Positions 21,001 through 29,940 of a stretch of DNA of 64,000 bases are shown here, piece after piece. This stretch comes from an uncultured Verrucomicrobiae bacterium. Lineage in GTDB: Bacteria; Verrucomicrobiota; Verrucomicrobiia; Limisphaerales; Palsa-1400. A program made the translations under genes and the position numbers. Below the pieces are notes generated by a model, which saw only the letters and a list, made by a program, of their open reading frames with translations, searched no databases and had not been told where the DNA came from. Location: NCBI GenBank assembly GCA_963702845.1, contig OY969763.1:1504001-1568000 (forward strand), read 5' to 3'. Position 1 is the first letter of the stretch. Each line of letters opens with the position of its first letter.

Positions 21001-24000
21001 AGTCGGGTCGAACGTGACAGTCACATTGAACGTTACGAACCTCGGTCCAGGCGCAGCGTCCGGAGTGGTTGTCAGCAATTTGCTCCCGCCTGAATTGCAG
21101 TTCCTTTCCGCCACATCGAGTTCTGGGCCCTGCACCGTTTCGAATGGAGTGCTTTTTTGTAACGTAGGCGATTTGGCGGTAAACCAATCTGCTTTTGTGC
21201 GATTTGACATGCGGCCAGTCACCTTCGGCACGGTCACTAACAACGCCGGCGCATGGCCGATCGGGTTCGACCCACAACCGACCAACAACATTTCCACGAC
21301 AAGCATCGCGATCAGTCCTGCGCTGATTTCTGTTTCAGACGTGAACGTGATGGAAGCGACAAATGCCACGACGAATGCGGTGTTCACCATCACAGTAGGG
21401 GATCCACACTCGGATACGATCACGGTCAACTACGCTACAGCGGACGTGACAGCGACGGCGGGACTGGATTACGTTGCCAGCTCAGGTCAGCTCACCTTTC
21501 CGCCCGGGGTAAGCACGCAGACCGTCAGTGTTGTGGTTTTGGATGACACCTTGGCTGAGGCGACCGAGACTTTTCGGCTTCAACTATCGAGTCCCACAAA
21601 CGCTGCTTTGGCCGGCACCGGTTACGGAACGGCGAGCATCTTGGACAATGGCGATCCCTGGCCGCAAATCTCGATCAACGATATTTCTCTACTCGAAGGC
21701 GACGTTGGGTCGTTCAGCGCTGTGTTCACGGTAACGTTTGATCGCCCGGCTGGATCGGCCATCACTTTGATGTATTCGACGACGAACGGCACGGCCATAT
21801 CTCCTGATGATTATAGCGGCGTGACAAATGCCTCGGTCACGTTTTCTGCCGGACAAACCAATCGGACCATCACCATTTTTACGCGCGGGGATAGGATCAA
21901 TGAACCAGACGAAACATTTACCGTCGCGCTAAGCCTCAGTCCGAACAATCCAAACTCGGGCACATTTACCAAGCGCATCGGAACGTGCACGATTTTGAAC
22001 GACGACGCTGTGCCCGGCAGGCTGGATCATTTTGCCTGGACGGTTTCATCACCGCAGTTTGCAAACCTTCCTTTTGCGGCTTCGCTGATGGCGCAGGACG
22101 CATTTAACAATCCCGCGACCAACTCTTTGACTTCGGTTCCGCTGTCCGCCACGTTCGGCACCAATGGCACGAAAACTACGCTCACGCCAACTTCGGCTTC
22201 CGGTTTTACCAATTCAGTTTGGAATGGCACGATCACGCTTTTCGCAACCAACGCACCGATCGTCTTAGTCGCCAGCAACAGCGCAGGGCAACTCGGTACG
22301 AGTATTCCAATAACTGTGCTGCCGCCGATCGCGACCAGCCTGCAACTGCCCGCAAGCGTGACCGAAGGCGATGGCATACTCGTTAATGGCGGTGCTTTAA
22401 CCGTCGCTACCGCGCGCGGAGTTGACACGACGTTTGCGCTCAGCTCAAGTGACACGTCAGAATTGATCGTGCCGACGAACGTCGTGCTGCTCGCCGGCCA
22501 AACCAACGTTTTGTTCAATTTGACTGTCGTGGACGACGCGACTCTCGATGGAACACATAACGCGACGATTACAGCGAGCACGCCAGGTTACGTCACAAGC
22601 GCCGTTGCCGTTCCGGTGCACGATAACGAAACGGCTTCGTTGTCTGTTTCAGCGCCTGGCAACGTCTCTGAATCGGCAGGCACAGTTACGGGCACAGTGA
22701 CCATCAGTTCGCCTCCCGGCGATTCCGTGCAGGTATTTCTCAATAGCAGCGACACCACGGAAATCCAAGTGCCCGCTTCGATCATCGTGCCGGCCGGCCA
22801 GACCTCCACAACGTTCAACATCACTGTCGTCAATGACATCGAATTGGACGGACCGCAGACGGCGCGCATAACAGCCCATGTTCAGAATTGGACGGATGGA
22901 TTCGCGGACGTCACCGTGGCGGACGACGATACCAACACCGTTTTCGTCGCCTTTTCAGCGCCGGGCGCAACTTTCTTTGAAGGCAGCGGCGCGGTGGCGA
23001 ACGCAACGGTGCGCCTGGGTGGAACCGTGACATCCAACGTGACGGTGTCGCTGACCTCCAGCATGCCAAGTAAGCTCGGCGTGGCTGCGAGCGTGGTTGT
23101 TCCGGCCGGCAGCAACTCTGTTTTGTTGCCGATCACTGTGCCGGATGACTCGAATTTTGATGGCACGCAAACCGTCACGATCACGCCGTCGGCCGCCGGA
23201 TTCTTTTCGATTCCAACGAATGTCACCGTTGCCGACAACGATCTGCATCATTTCAGTTTCAGCCCAATCGCGGCCAGCGTCGAAGCGACGATTCCTTTCA
23301 ACCTGACCGTTTACGCAAAAGACATCAACGACGTCACCATTTCGAATTTTTCCGGCACCGGTCCGTTTACTGCCAGCAACGTCAATGGCCCCATTCCGAT
23401 CTCTGTGTCCGTTCTATCGATGGTGGCAGGCCAATGGTCTGGCACCGTCAGTTTCCCAACTTGGGAATTTTCTGGTGTCCGATTTACCGCCGGCAGCGGC
23501 GGCGCCGCGAGCCAAAGTTCTGCTTTCAACGTCACCCCGCCGAGATTGTCTACGATTAACTGGCCTGCATCCGAATTGGTGTATAGCCCTCTGACCCAGC
23601 GCATCTACGTGAACGCGACTTCGACCGGCAATCTCACGCCCTTGAACCCGTTCCAAATGATATTAGATACCTCCGTGAACATCGGAAGTCTTGGCGGAAA
23701 AATGGTCGTCGCAGATTCTGGTGAATACATCTATCTCGAACGCGGTGGCGGTTACATCACTCGCTTCAATGTCGCGTCGAATGCTGCGGACCTTTTCTGG
23801 AATTGTGGCGCCGCGCAAATTGAGGACATGGCAGCGGTACCCAATTGGCCTACAGCGGTCGCCATCGCCCGAATGGATACTTCAACCAGCCCGCGCACGC
23901 GCGGGACCGTCATTTTCGAAAACAACACTGCTTTGCCCAACGGCGGGGGCGGAAACGTCATCGAATTCGTTTCGCCGACCCGCGCCTACATCTACAATAA

Positions 24001-26053
24001 CGAAACCACCGGCTTCGATTTCCGGCGTTACAACGTCAACAGCAACGGGCTCAACTTCGAAAGCTCCATCGGTCTTTTGTCAGGTTTTGGCGTCAACTTC
24101 TCTTGCCGCGGCGGGTTGGTATTTGCGAGCAGCGGCCAGATCGCGGATGGTGAGCGAGGCATTCAGATTGGCAACAGTCCCTCTGGTATGATGATCGCCG
24201 GCTCGGCGACGGAAGGCCGTTTTTACAGCGTCACTTCAACTCTGCTCACCGCCTGGGACCTGCACACGCTTTTACCTGTAGGAACAATGAGCTACTCCGC
24301 AGTCGGCACGCCGACCGGCAATCTGATCCGCTGGAGCACCAATGGCCTGGCGTTTCGCACAACCAGTTCGCTGGTGGCGATTTTGCGCACGGGTCTCGTG
24401 CCTGCTGGCGCGCCGACGGATTTGCAACTCACAGTGGCCAGCGCCGATCCTTCAGCAAACGTTGGCAGCAATTATGTGTGTACATTCCTGATCTCCAATG
24501 CCGGTCCTAACATCGCGACAAATGTCGTATTTTCACAGACTTTGCCTTCCGTCGCGAGTCTCGTTTTGGTTTCCAGCCCGGGCAGCGCGACGGCAACAGT
24601 TTCTGGCGGGTTCGTTTGCACGATTCCTTCAATCGCGCCAGGCGCGGCAACTCCGGTGTCGGTGACATTGAGACCGGTTAAACCGGGTGTGATGGGCTGG
24701 CGAGTCGGCGTGACCAGTGGCACCGCCGATCCCGATCTGAGTAACAACCGTCTTTCACTCAGCGCCGCTGTAACTTTCGTCACGGGTTACGATTCGATAA
24801 CTGAATTCGCGCTGCCGGCAAACGACCTCGCTTGGGATGCCGTCCATGGAACCGTTTGTGCGAGCGTTCCCAACGCAAATTGGCTGCTTGGCAATTCGAT
24901 CGTGACGTTTAATCCGCTGACCGGTGCCTATCCTTCGTTGATTGCGACCGCCACCGAGCCGAACAAATTGGCGATTGCAGATAATGGCCAGTATCTCTAC
25001 TCCTCGCTCGGTTCAGAGGCCAGCATTCAGCGCATCAACCTGGTAACGCGCGTTGCCGACCTGAAATTCCCGACCGGCTATAACGGCGTCAACGACATGC
25101 AAGTAATGCCGGGTCATGCCGAGGTCCTGGCGGCAACAGTTCATACAACAGTTGCGATTTACGACAACGGTGTGATTCGGCCGAATGTTCTTTCACCGAC
25201 ACCTTATAATTTCGGTTACGCCCTTGAATTTGGCGCGACCAGCAATCGGCTGTATGCGACCTTCCCAACTGGATTCCGGCGCATCGATGTAAACGCAAAC
25301 GGCGCAACTTCGCTGGATGACAACTATTCGCTGCTGCCCTACACATTTTCTTACGACATAAATTACAGCGGCAACCGTGTCTATACCGCAGGCGGGATTG
25401 TCATCGATCCTGAAAACGAGACGGTTCTGACGACACTTCCGTACAGTGGGCTTGTGGTTGGTGATGCTGCGGGCGGTCATACATACTTTCTAACAACTTC
25501 CGGCAGCACAGCGGTAATGCATGTGCTGGATTTACCGTCATACACCGAACTGAAAACCGTTACGATCACGAACATCTCCGGTACCTGCGCGAGCCTCGTT
25601 CGCTGGGGAGCAGACGGATTGGCGTTCCGCACAACCGGCGGCCAAGTGTTTCTTGTTCGCACAACAGCGGCGGACGATCGGGACTGGGATGGTATGGCGG
25701 ATTCGTGGGAAATTGCGCATTTCGGCTCGATCAACGCGCCAGGCGGCGGGCCAAACGATGACCCCGACGGCGATGGGATGACTAATCTCGACGAGTTCCG
25801 CGCCGGCACAGATCCCAAGGACGCCCAAAGCGCGCTGCACATTAGCGCTATTAAGGCGGTGGCCGGGCAATTGCGTGTGAGTTTTCCGACAGTTGTCGGC
25901 AAGAAGTATCGCGTTGAACGCAGTGCAAGTCTTAATGTTGGAAGCTGGAGCATAGTTGCCGATAACGTGGCCGGCACAGGAGACAGTATTGAAATCGCAA
26001 GTTCGCCTCTCACCAACTCTCCTACCTTTTTGCGGTTGACCTTGCTTCCGTGA
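18071..26053 (+). CDS. Giant surface protein: DUF11, Kelch propeller, Calx-beta repeats, further propellers, DxDxDG motifs, C-terminal tail
   Basis: 2660 aa ORF; Kelch repeats (HTATLLKDGRVLV), Calx-beta (DGTATAGSDY...EPNETF), DUF11 (DLALT...NLAVTNIG), DPDGDGMTNLDEFRAGTDP. Confidence 0.9.
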   Translation: MKSLAAFGRCIVLFALCINGVVAFAAPPKPDLALTITALPSPASVGEIFTYNLAVTNIGNASATQVHLVCTLSSNATFFSATLPQGTFTQSNNVVSCDIGSVSGGAGFVIKVAVFGQSAGTTSNSATISTVDTELSLANNSAAQNVTVSPFTFYPGPNLNVGRVYHVGTSLADGRVLYTGGLSSATRLASAEIYDPQTQTMTPTGNMNFARNSHAGTLLADGTVLITGGVGATTAAEIFNPATGAFTVVSNMNNGHVNHTATLLKDGRVLVEGNSGDAPFNVAEIYTPALHTFTKITNKNYGTYYHKAFRLADGKVLLPAGADGNSYSDQTVCEFYDPVANAFTATAPLNYMRSMYGGVTLLDGRIFVAGGNYGWQTAELFNTNSQTWTTCTNLMTTTHYFATASLLPDGKVLVAGYTVDTDLYDPVANKFLRAAKMISARNYFTANSLPDGSIIFAGGDGYLASTEIYDAARTKAPPALSVSDASVVEGNSGSTNLVFNVTLSSPMGVPVSVYFNSGFGSATAGSDFVATNGMLVFVPGVTNQTVSVTVFGDLDYEGDETLVLGLYSPSNAVLDLAHSSGTGTILNDDGQPSITIAPASRYEGNIGTTNMVLNVSLSGASYQTITVNYVTVDGTATAGSDYAATNGVITFPPGTTNQTVSVVIYGDVQVEPNETFAVQLSNPTNATIATASATATILDDDGTPGFIHHFEIVLPSGPIYSTGPTPFTINARDFGGGIATNFSGRVLLMVGFGDEAPQHFGFEDGQLGSWTPTYGGTQPGPYEIKYFNVTASNEFSMAFRTAAGYGTDGIVRQVPLTGGRRYFVTGDFAESNEGGGSNGGDTIANLILNNFTLGQYHFGGVNGGQVLRTNLGGYFDAPATTTYPLALLFSRDPWSELYSIGAFADEVVIGAGAITPRFTAHFTNGVWSGTNAIGAPGTNYVLYAKDLEGHIGNSSVFTVQPVGDVVVRTAVTPITPRVGSNVTVTLNVTNLGPGAASGVVVSNLLPPELQFLSATSSSGPCTVSNGVLFCNVGDLAVNQSAFVRFDMRPVTFGTVTNNAGAWPIGFDPQPTNNISTTSIAISPALISVSDVNVMEATNATTNAVFTITVGDPHSDTITVNYATADVTATAGLDYVASSGQLTFPPGVSTQTVSVVVLDDTLAEATETFRLQLSSPTNAALAGTGYGTASILDNGDPWPQISINDISLLEGDVGSFSAVFTVTFDRPAGSAITLMYSTTNGTAISPDDYSGVTNASVTFSAGQTNRTITIFTRGDRINEPDETFTVALSLSPNNPNSGTFTKRIGTCTILNDDAVPGRLDHFAWTVSSPQFANLPFAASLMAQDAFNNPATNSLTSVPLSATFGTNGTKTTLTPTSASGFTNSVWNGTITLFATNAPIVLVASNSAGQLGTSIPITVLPPIATSLQLPASVTEGDGILVNGGALTVATARGVDTTFALSSSDTSELIVPTNVVLLAGQTNVLFNLTVVDDATLDGTHNATITASTPGYVTSAVAVPVHDNETASLSVSAPGNVSESAGTVTGTVTISSPPGDSVQVFLNSSDTTEIQVPASIIVPAGQTSTTFNITVVNDIELDGPQTARITAHVQNWTDGFADVTVADDDTNTVFVAFSAPGATFFEGSGAVANATVRLGGTVTSNVTVSLTSSMPSKLGVAASVVVPAGSNSVLLPITVPDDSNFDGTQTVTITPSAAGFFSIPTNVTVADNDLHHFSFSPIAASVEATIPFNLTVYAKDINDVTISNFSGTGPFTASNVNGPIPISVSVLSMVAGQWSGTVSFPTWEFSGVRFTAGSGGAASQSSAFNVTPPRLSTINWPASELVYSPLTQRIYVNATSTGNLTPLNPFQMILDTSVNIGSLGGKMVVADSGEYIYLERGGGYITRFNVASNAADLFWNCGAAQIEDMAAVPNWPTAVAIARMDTSTSPRTRGTVIFENNTALPNGGGGNVIEFVSPTRAYIYNNETTGFDFRRYNVNSNGLNFESSIGLLSGFGVNFSCRGGLVFASSGQIADGERGIQIGNSPSGMMIAGSATEGRFYSVTSTLLTAWDLHTLLPVGTMSYSAVGTPTGNLIRWSTNGLAFRTTSSLVAILRTGLVPAGAPTDLQLTVASADPSANVGSNYVCTFLISNAGPNIATNVVFSQTLPSVASLVLVSSPGSATATVSGGFVCTIPSIAPGAATPVSVTLRPVKPGVMGWRVGVTSGTADPDLSNNRLSLSAAVTFVTGYDSITEFALPANDLAWDAVHGTVCASVPNANWLLGNSIVTFNPLTGAYPSLIATATEPNKLAIADNGQYLYSSLGSEASIQRINLVTRVADLKFPTGYNGVNDMQVMPGHAEVLAATVHTTVAIYDNGVIRPNVLSPTPYNFGYALEFGATSNRLYATFPTGFRRIDVNANGATSLDDNYSLLPYTFSYDINYSGNRVYTAGGIVIDPENETVLTTLPYSGLVVGDAAGGHTYFLTTSGSTAVMHVLDLPSYTELKTVTITNISGTCASLVRWGADGLAFRTTGGQVFLVRTTAADDRDWDGMADSWEIAHFGSINAPGGGPNDDPDGDGMTNLDEFRAGTDPKDAQSALHISAIKAVAGQLRVSFPTVVGKKYRVERSASLNVGSWSIVADNVAGTGDSIEIASSPLTNSPTFLRLTLLP

Positions 26054-26147
26054 TAAAAACCAAAGTTGGCATTTGATTGACTTCTGAATTCGTCTCGGTC
26101 AAAACCGTGACGCACAACCTCAACGGGGTGGTTCGCCTCTTTGGTTT

Positions 26148-27654
26148 ATGATGAAACGAATATTTTGTCTTATAATACTCGGCTCGGGATGCCTGACGCA
26201 GTCAGTCAACGCCGCCACATTTTTCTCCTTCACCAGTTCAGCCAGCGCTTGGATCGGCGGTGGCAAAACAACGAACATTACGGGCGTTACTGCCAGTCAC
26301 ACGGGAAGTCTGGGTGCCTATACCGATTCGGTGCATCTCGCCGGCGGCGGATATGAGCTGGTCATTGTTGGACCGGCCTTGGCCACGCCACTGGTTGGTT
26401 TTTATCCAAACGCTACTCGATGGCCATTCATGGGCTCGGGGCCAGGCTTGGACTTCAACTCGCCCGGTCGCGGCGACAACACCCTCTCAGGTTGGTTCAA
26501 TGTGTTGCAGGCAGACTATGACGTGTCCGGACAGCCGACCGCCTTCGCCGTGGATTTTGTGCAATTTGACGAAACCAACACAAACGCGTGGAATCGGGGA
26601 AGCGTTCGATTCAACTCCGACATCCCGGCGCCTGGTCCGGTGCCATCAACGGTCATTAGTAACATGGTTACGACCAACGGTATCATCCAATTCACATTGA
26701 CCGGCCCTCCGACTACCAACTGCATCGTTCAAGTATCATCTAACCTCGTGGCATGGACACCGCTGATGACCAATGCAATTTCACCCGTCGGATTGCTCGC
26801 CATCTCCGACTCCGGTGCGACTAGTCAAGCGACCCGTTTTTATCGAGTTACATACGCGCCGAGCGGAGGCAGCGGAGGCGGTAACGGATCCAACGACCAA
26901 TTCGCTAATCGCATCCAAATTCTATCCGCTGGCGGAACCGTAATCGGATCGAATACAACCGCCACCATCGAAACCGGCGAACCGAATCACGGCGGCGCAC
27001 CCGGTGGCAAATCGGTGTGGTGGACCTGGACGGCACCGGCGAGCGGCATCGTTTCCGTCACTACGGACGGCAGGACTCTTTGATACCACCCTCGGAGTTT
27101 ATACGGGCACGACGGTTTCCAGCCTGACGTCCATCGTCCAGGACGACGAAGGCGGCGTGGGCTCTTGCAGCCGCGTTATCTTTACCGCAACCGCCGGCGT
27201 CACGTATCAGATCGCCGTCGATGGCTACTACGGCGCAAGCGGCACCATCGCCTTGACCCTGAAGCCCGGCCTCTTGAACGATGCTTTTGCTAACCGGCTG
27301 CAATTGACGGGAACCTACGATTACGTTAACGGATGCAACATAGGCGCGACTCGGGAGGCGAATGAACCGTTTCATTATTCGTCAACGGGTGGTCAATCCG
27401 TCTGGTGGCAGTGGCAGGCCCCGCTAACCGGCACCGTTACCATCTCCACCTCCGGTAGCAATTTTGATACAATCTTGGCGGCTTATACCGGGACATCGCT
27501 GACCAGCCTTTCGTTGGTCGCCAACAGCGACGATTACGGCGGATATGCGACAAGCCAGATCAGTTTCACCGCCACCGCTGGAACGGTCTACAAGATTGCA
27601 GTGGACGGTTACGGTACGGCATCCGGGGTTATCGCCTTGGTTTTGCAGCAGTGA
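26148..27654 (+). CDS. Secreted protein with two NDxFANR/PPC-like modules (frameshift near 27075)
   Basis: ORFs 26148-27083 and 27004-27654 join: SVWWTWTAP...TTDG|FDTTLGVYTG, repeated intact downstream as TSGSNFDTILAAYTG. Confidence 0.8.
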
Positions 27655-27676
27655 TGGTGGAGATCAAAGATTTTGT

Positions 27677-27831
27677 ATTCTGTAATCTTTGCTTTGTCGT
27701 TCCGACGAAAACCCCGCTAGGGTTGCCATGTCTATAGAACCCAATCCGCCCATCTTCCAATTATTTTTGTCGTGGCACTCGATGTGCCGCGACAAAACGC
27801 CGCGCATAAATCACACACCATGTAACGATTC
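27677..27831 (+). repeat. ~155 bp structured intergenic element, copy 2
   Basis: Direct repeat of 17591-17750. Confidence 0.85.
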
Positions 27832-28114
27832 AATAAAGAGTGAGCAGATTTGATTTCCACACCGGCCCTAATGGGTGACCCCTTTTTTGGCGCAGGAAAG
27901 CCTCGGCGAGTGATCTCCGTCAGTTTCGATCCGGGCTATAAGTTGTGTAAAAAGTTGGGGCTGACCCCGGGACGACCGTCCCCGCACGTAAAGCTACGCC
28001 CAGCGCGGCATCTAAATCGTCCTCGCCCTCGATTTAGGACATTTCGGGAGCCGTCCGCTGCCCCGCTTTCCCCTTTCCGGTTTCGCCGAGTTCCTGCAAC
28101 ATTGCCGCACACGT

Positions 28115-29659
28115 ATGCTCAAATACTCGTTGGCGATCGTTCTGCTCTTGTGCGCTCTCCCTCCCTCACATGCCGAACCCGTCAAACCGCTCACGAAACT
28201 CAAGCCCGAAGAGCGTTCCTACCGGCTCGCCGGCGATGCCCGCAACGTCCAACTCTATCGCGATGGCCTCCGGGCCGTGCTGCAATACATGGACTCTCGC
28301 GATGATCTCTTCCCGCGTGTGCCTGTCCAAAAATCTCGCCTGCTGCTCCGTGAAGAAAAAGAGGCGGTGTGGAATACCTGGGAGCGATTTTTGGATTATC
28401 TGATGGCGTTGGAATCACTCGAACAATACCACTCGCAATTCGCGCGGTTAAAAGGGACGGAAAAGGAGGATTCGTTCCTGATCGACTACACGGCCCTGCT
28501 CGCCCGCTACCGCGCGGCGCTCGAGTTTATCGAACGTGCCGACAAGAATCCGGAACTGCACAAAGTTCTCAACGATCCTGTGCCGGAACTCGGTCTGTCC
28601 GGAGGGACGTATGCCGGCCTCAAATTCAAACACTTGAACATCGCAATCGCCACTCAGTTCGCCGCCCGCGAGGTCTTGATGAAGACCTTCACCGGGGAAC
28701 GCCAACCGGCTTTGCGCAAGGCGATCGCCGCCGATTCCGCTTACATCTGGCGCGCGGGCACGCCCAAAGGCGAAATCCTCACCGCGAAAAACGCCCTCAA
28801 GATGATCCAGGACGGCACCCAGACCGCCTGGCTCCCGATCCAGACCGGCGTCTCCGAATGGATGGGTCATACCAAAGTCTATCGGCCCAAGGAATGTCTC
28901 ATCACTCCGGCGCAAATCCGCGGACTTCAATCACAGCTCCAACCGGGTGACGTCCTCCTGGAACGACGCGAATGGTATCTTTCGAATATTGGCCTGCCGG
29001 GATTCTGGTCGCATGCGGCGCTTTACATCGGCACTCCGAAGGAACGGCACACATACTTTGGAGACGACCAAACCAGCACGTGGGTCAAACAGCGCGGCGA
29101 GGCGAGTGGCCAGCTTGAGCAGTTGCTTCTTTCGACCTGCACTTCCGATGGCCGATGCCAACTCACTAACCAAACCTCCTCCTCGTCCGAACCGATACGC
29201 ATCCTTGAAGCCATCGGCGAAGGGGTCTCATTCAAGTCACTCGAACATTCCGCCGCCTGCGATTCGCTCGTGGTTCTCCGCCCGCGCCTGCCTAAAACAG
29301 AGAAAGCGCTGGCGCTGTTTCGCGCTTTCCACTACGCCGGACGGCCGTACGACTTCGATTTCGACTTTTCAACCGACGCGAAATTGGTCTGCACCGAACT
29401 GGTCTACAAATCCTACGAACCATCGACGGGCTGCACCGGCCTCAAATTCCCGCTGGTCGAAATGCTCGGTCGGCAGGTCACTCCCGCCAACGAACTGGCA
29501 AAGCAGTTCGACGCTCAATTTGGAACCGTGGACCAGCAGTTTGATGTCGTGGCTTTTCTGGATGGGAACGAAAAGCAGAAAAAAGCGGTTTCGGCGTCGG
29601 TGGACGAATTTCGACAGACCTGGAAACGGCCCAAATGGCACGTTTTTGTGCAGAAATAG
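28115..29659 (+). CDS. YiiX/YebB-like permuted papain-like (NlpC/P60) amidase
   Basis: PGDVLL...FWSHAALYIG (His first), YDFDFDF...LVCTELVYKSY (Cys last); signal peptide. Confidence 0.88.
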   Translation: MLKYSLAIVLLLCALPPSHAEPVKPLTKLKPEERSYRLAGDARNVQLYRDGLRAVLQYMDSRDDLFPRVPVQKSRLLLREEKEAVWNTWERFLDYLMALESLEQYHSQFARLKGTEKEDSFLIDYTALLARYRAALEFIERADKNPELHKVLNDPVPELGLSGGTYAGLKFKHLNIAIATQFAAREVLMKTFTGERQPALRKAIAADSAYIWRAGTPKGEILTAKNALKMIQDGTQTAWLPIQTGVSEWMGHTKVYRPKECLITPAQIRGLQSQLQPGDVLLERREWYLSNIGLPGFWSHAALYIGTPKERHTYFGDDQTSTWVKQRGEASGQLEQLLLSTCTSDGRCQLTNQTSSSSEPIRILEAIGEGVSFKSLEHSAACDSLVVLRPRLPKTEKALALFRAFHYAGRPYDFDFDFSTDAKLVCTELVYKSYEPSTGCTGLKFPLVEMLGRQVTPANELAKQFDAQFGTVDQQFDVVAFLDGNEKQKKAVSASVDEFRQTWKRPKWHVFVQK

Positions 29660-29940
29660 CCCACGTTTTTTGGTCGCACCGGATATGCGAGACGTTGCCG
29701 GAGCGCGCGCTTGCTTTGGGCGATTTTCGTCAGACCAAACGTCATTCGTTGTAATGATTGCTGCGATGGTATTCTTGATGTTCACAGTCCCGGGCAGTTT
29801 AAATATTGCAGTCATAGCAAACAGTGAGGATCGAACTCGCTCAAATAAATATCACAATATCATTAACTGACCCTGGTTTGACCGCTCCTCTTGCACTTTT
29901 CGTGCGTATAAGTCGGTGCGTATTCTCGTTTGTGAACCAA

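Noticed and set aside
27850..28110. Possible ncRNA or riboswitch upstream of the amidase
   Set aside because: Only short hairpins (GGGGCTGACCCC, CTAAATCG...CGATTTAG); no recognisable RNA family.
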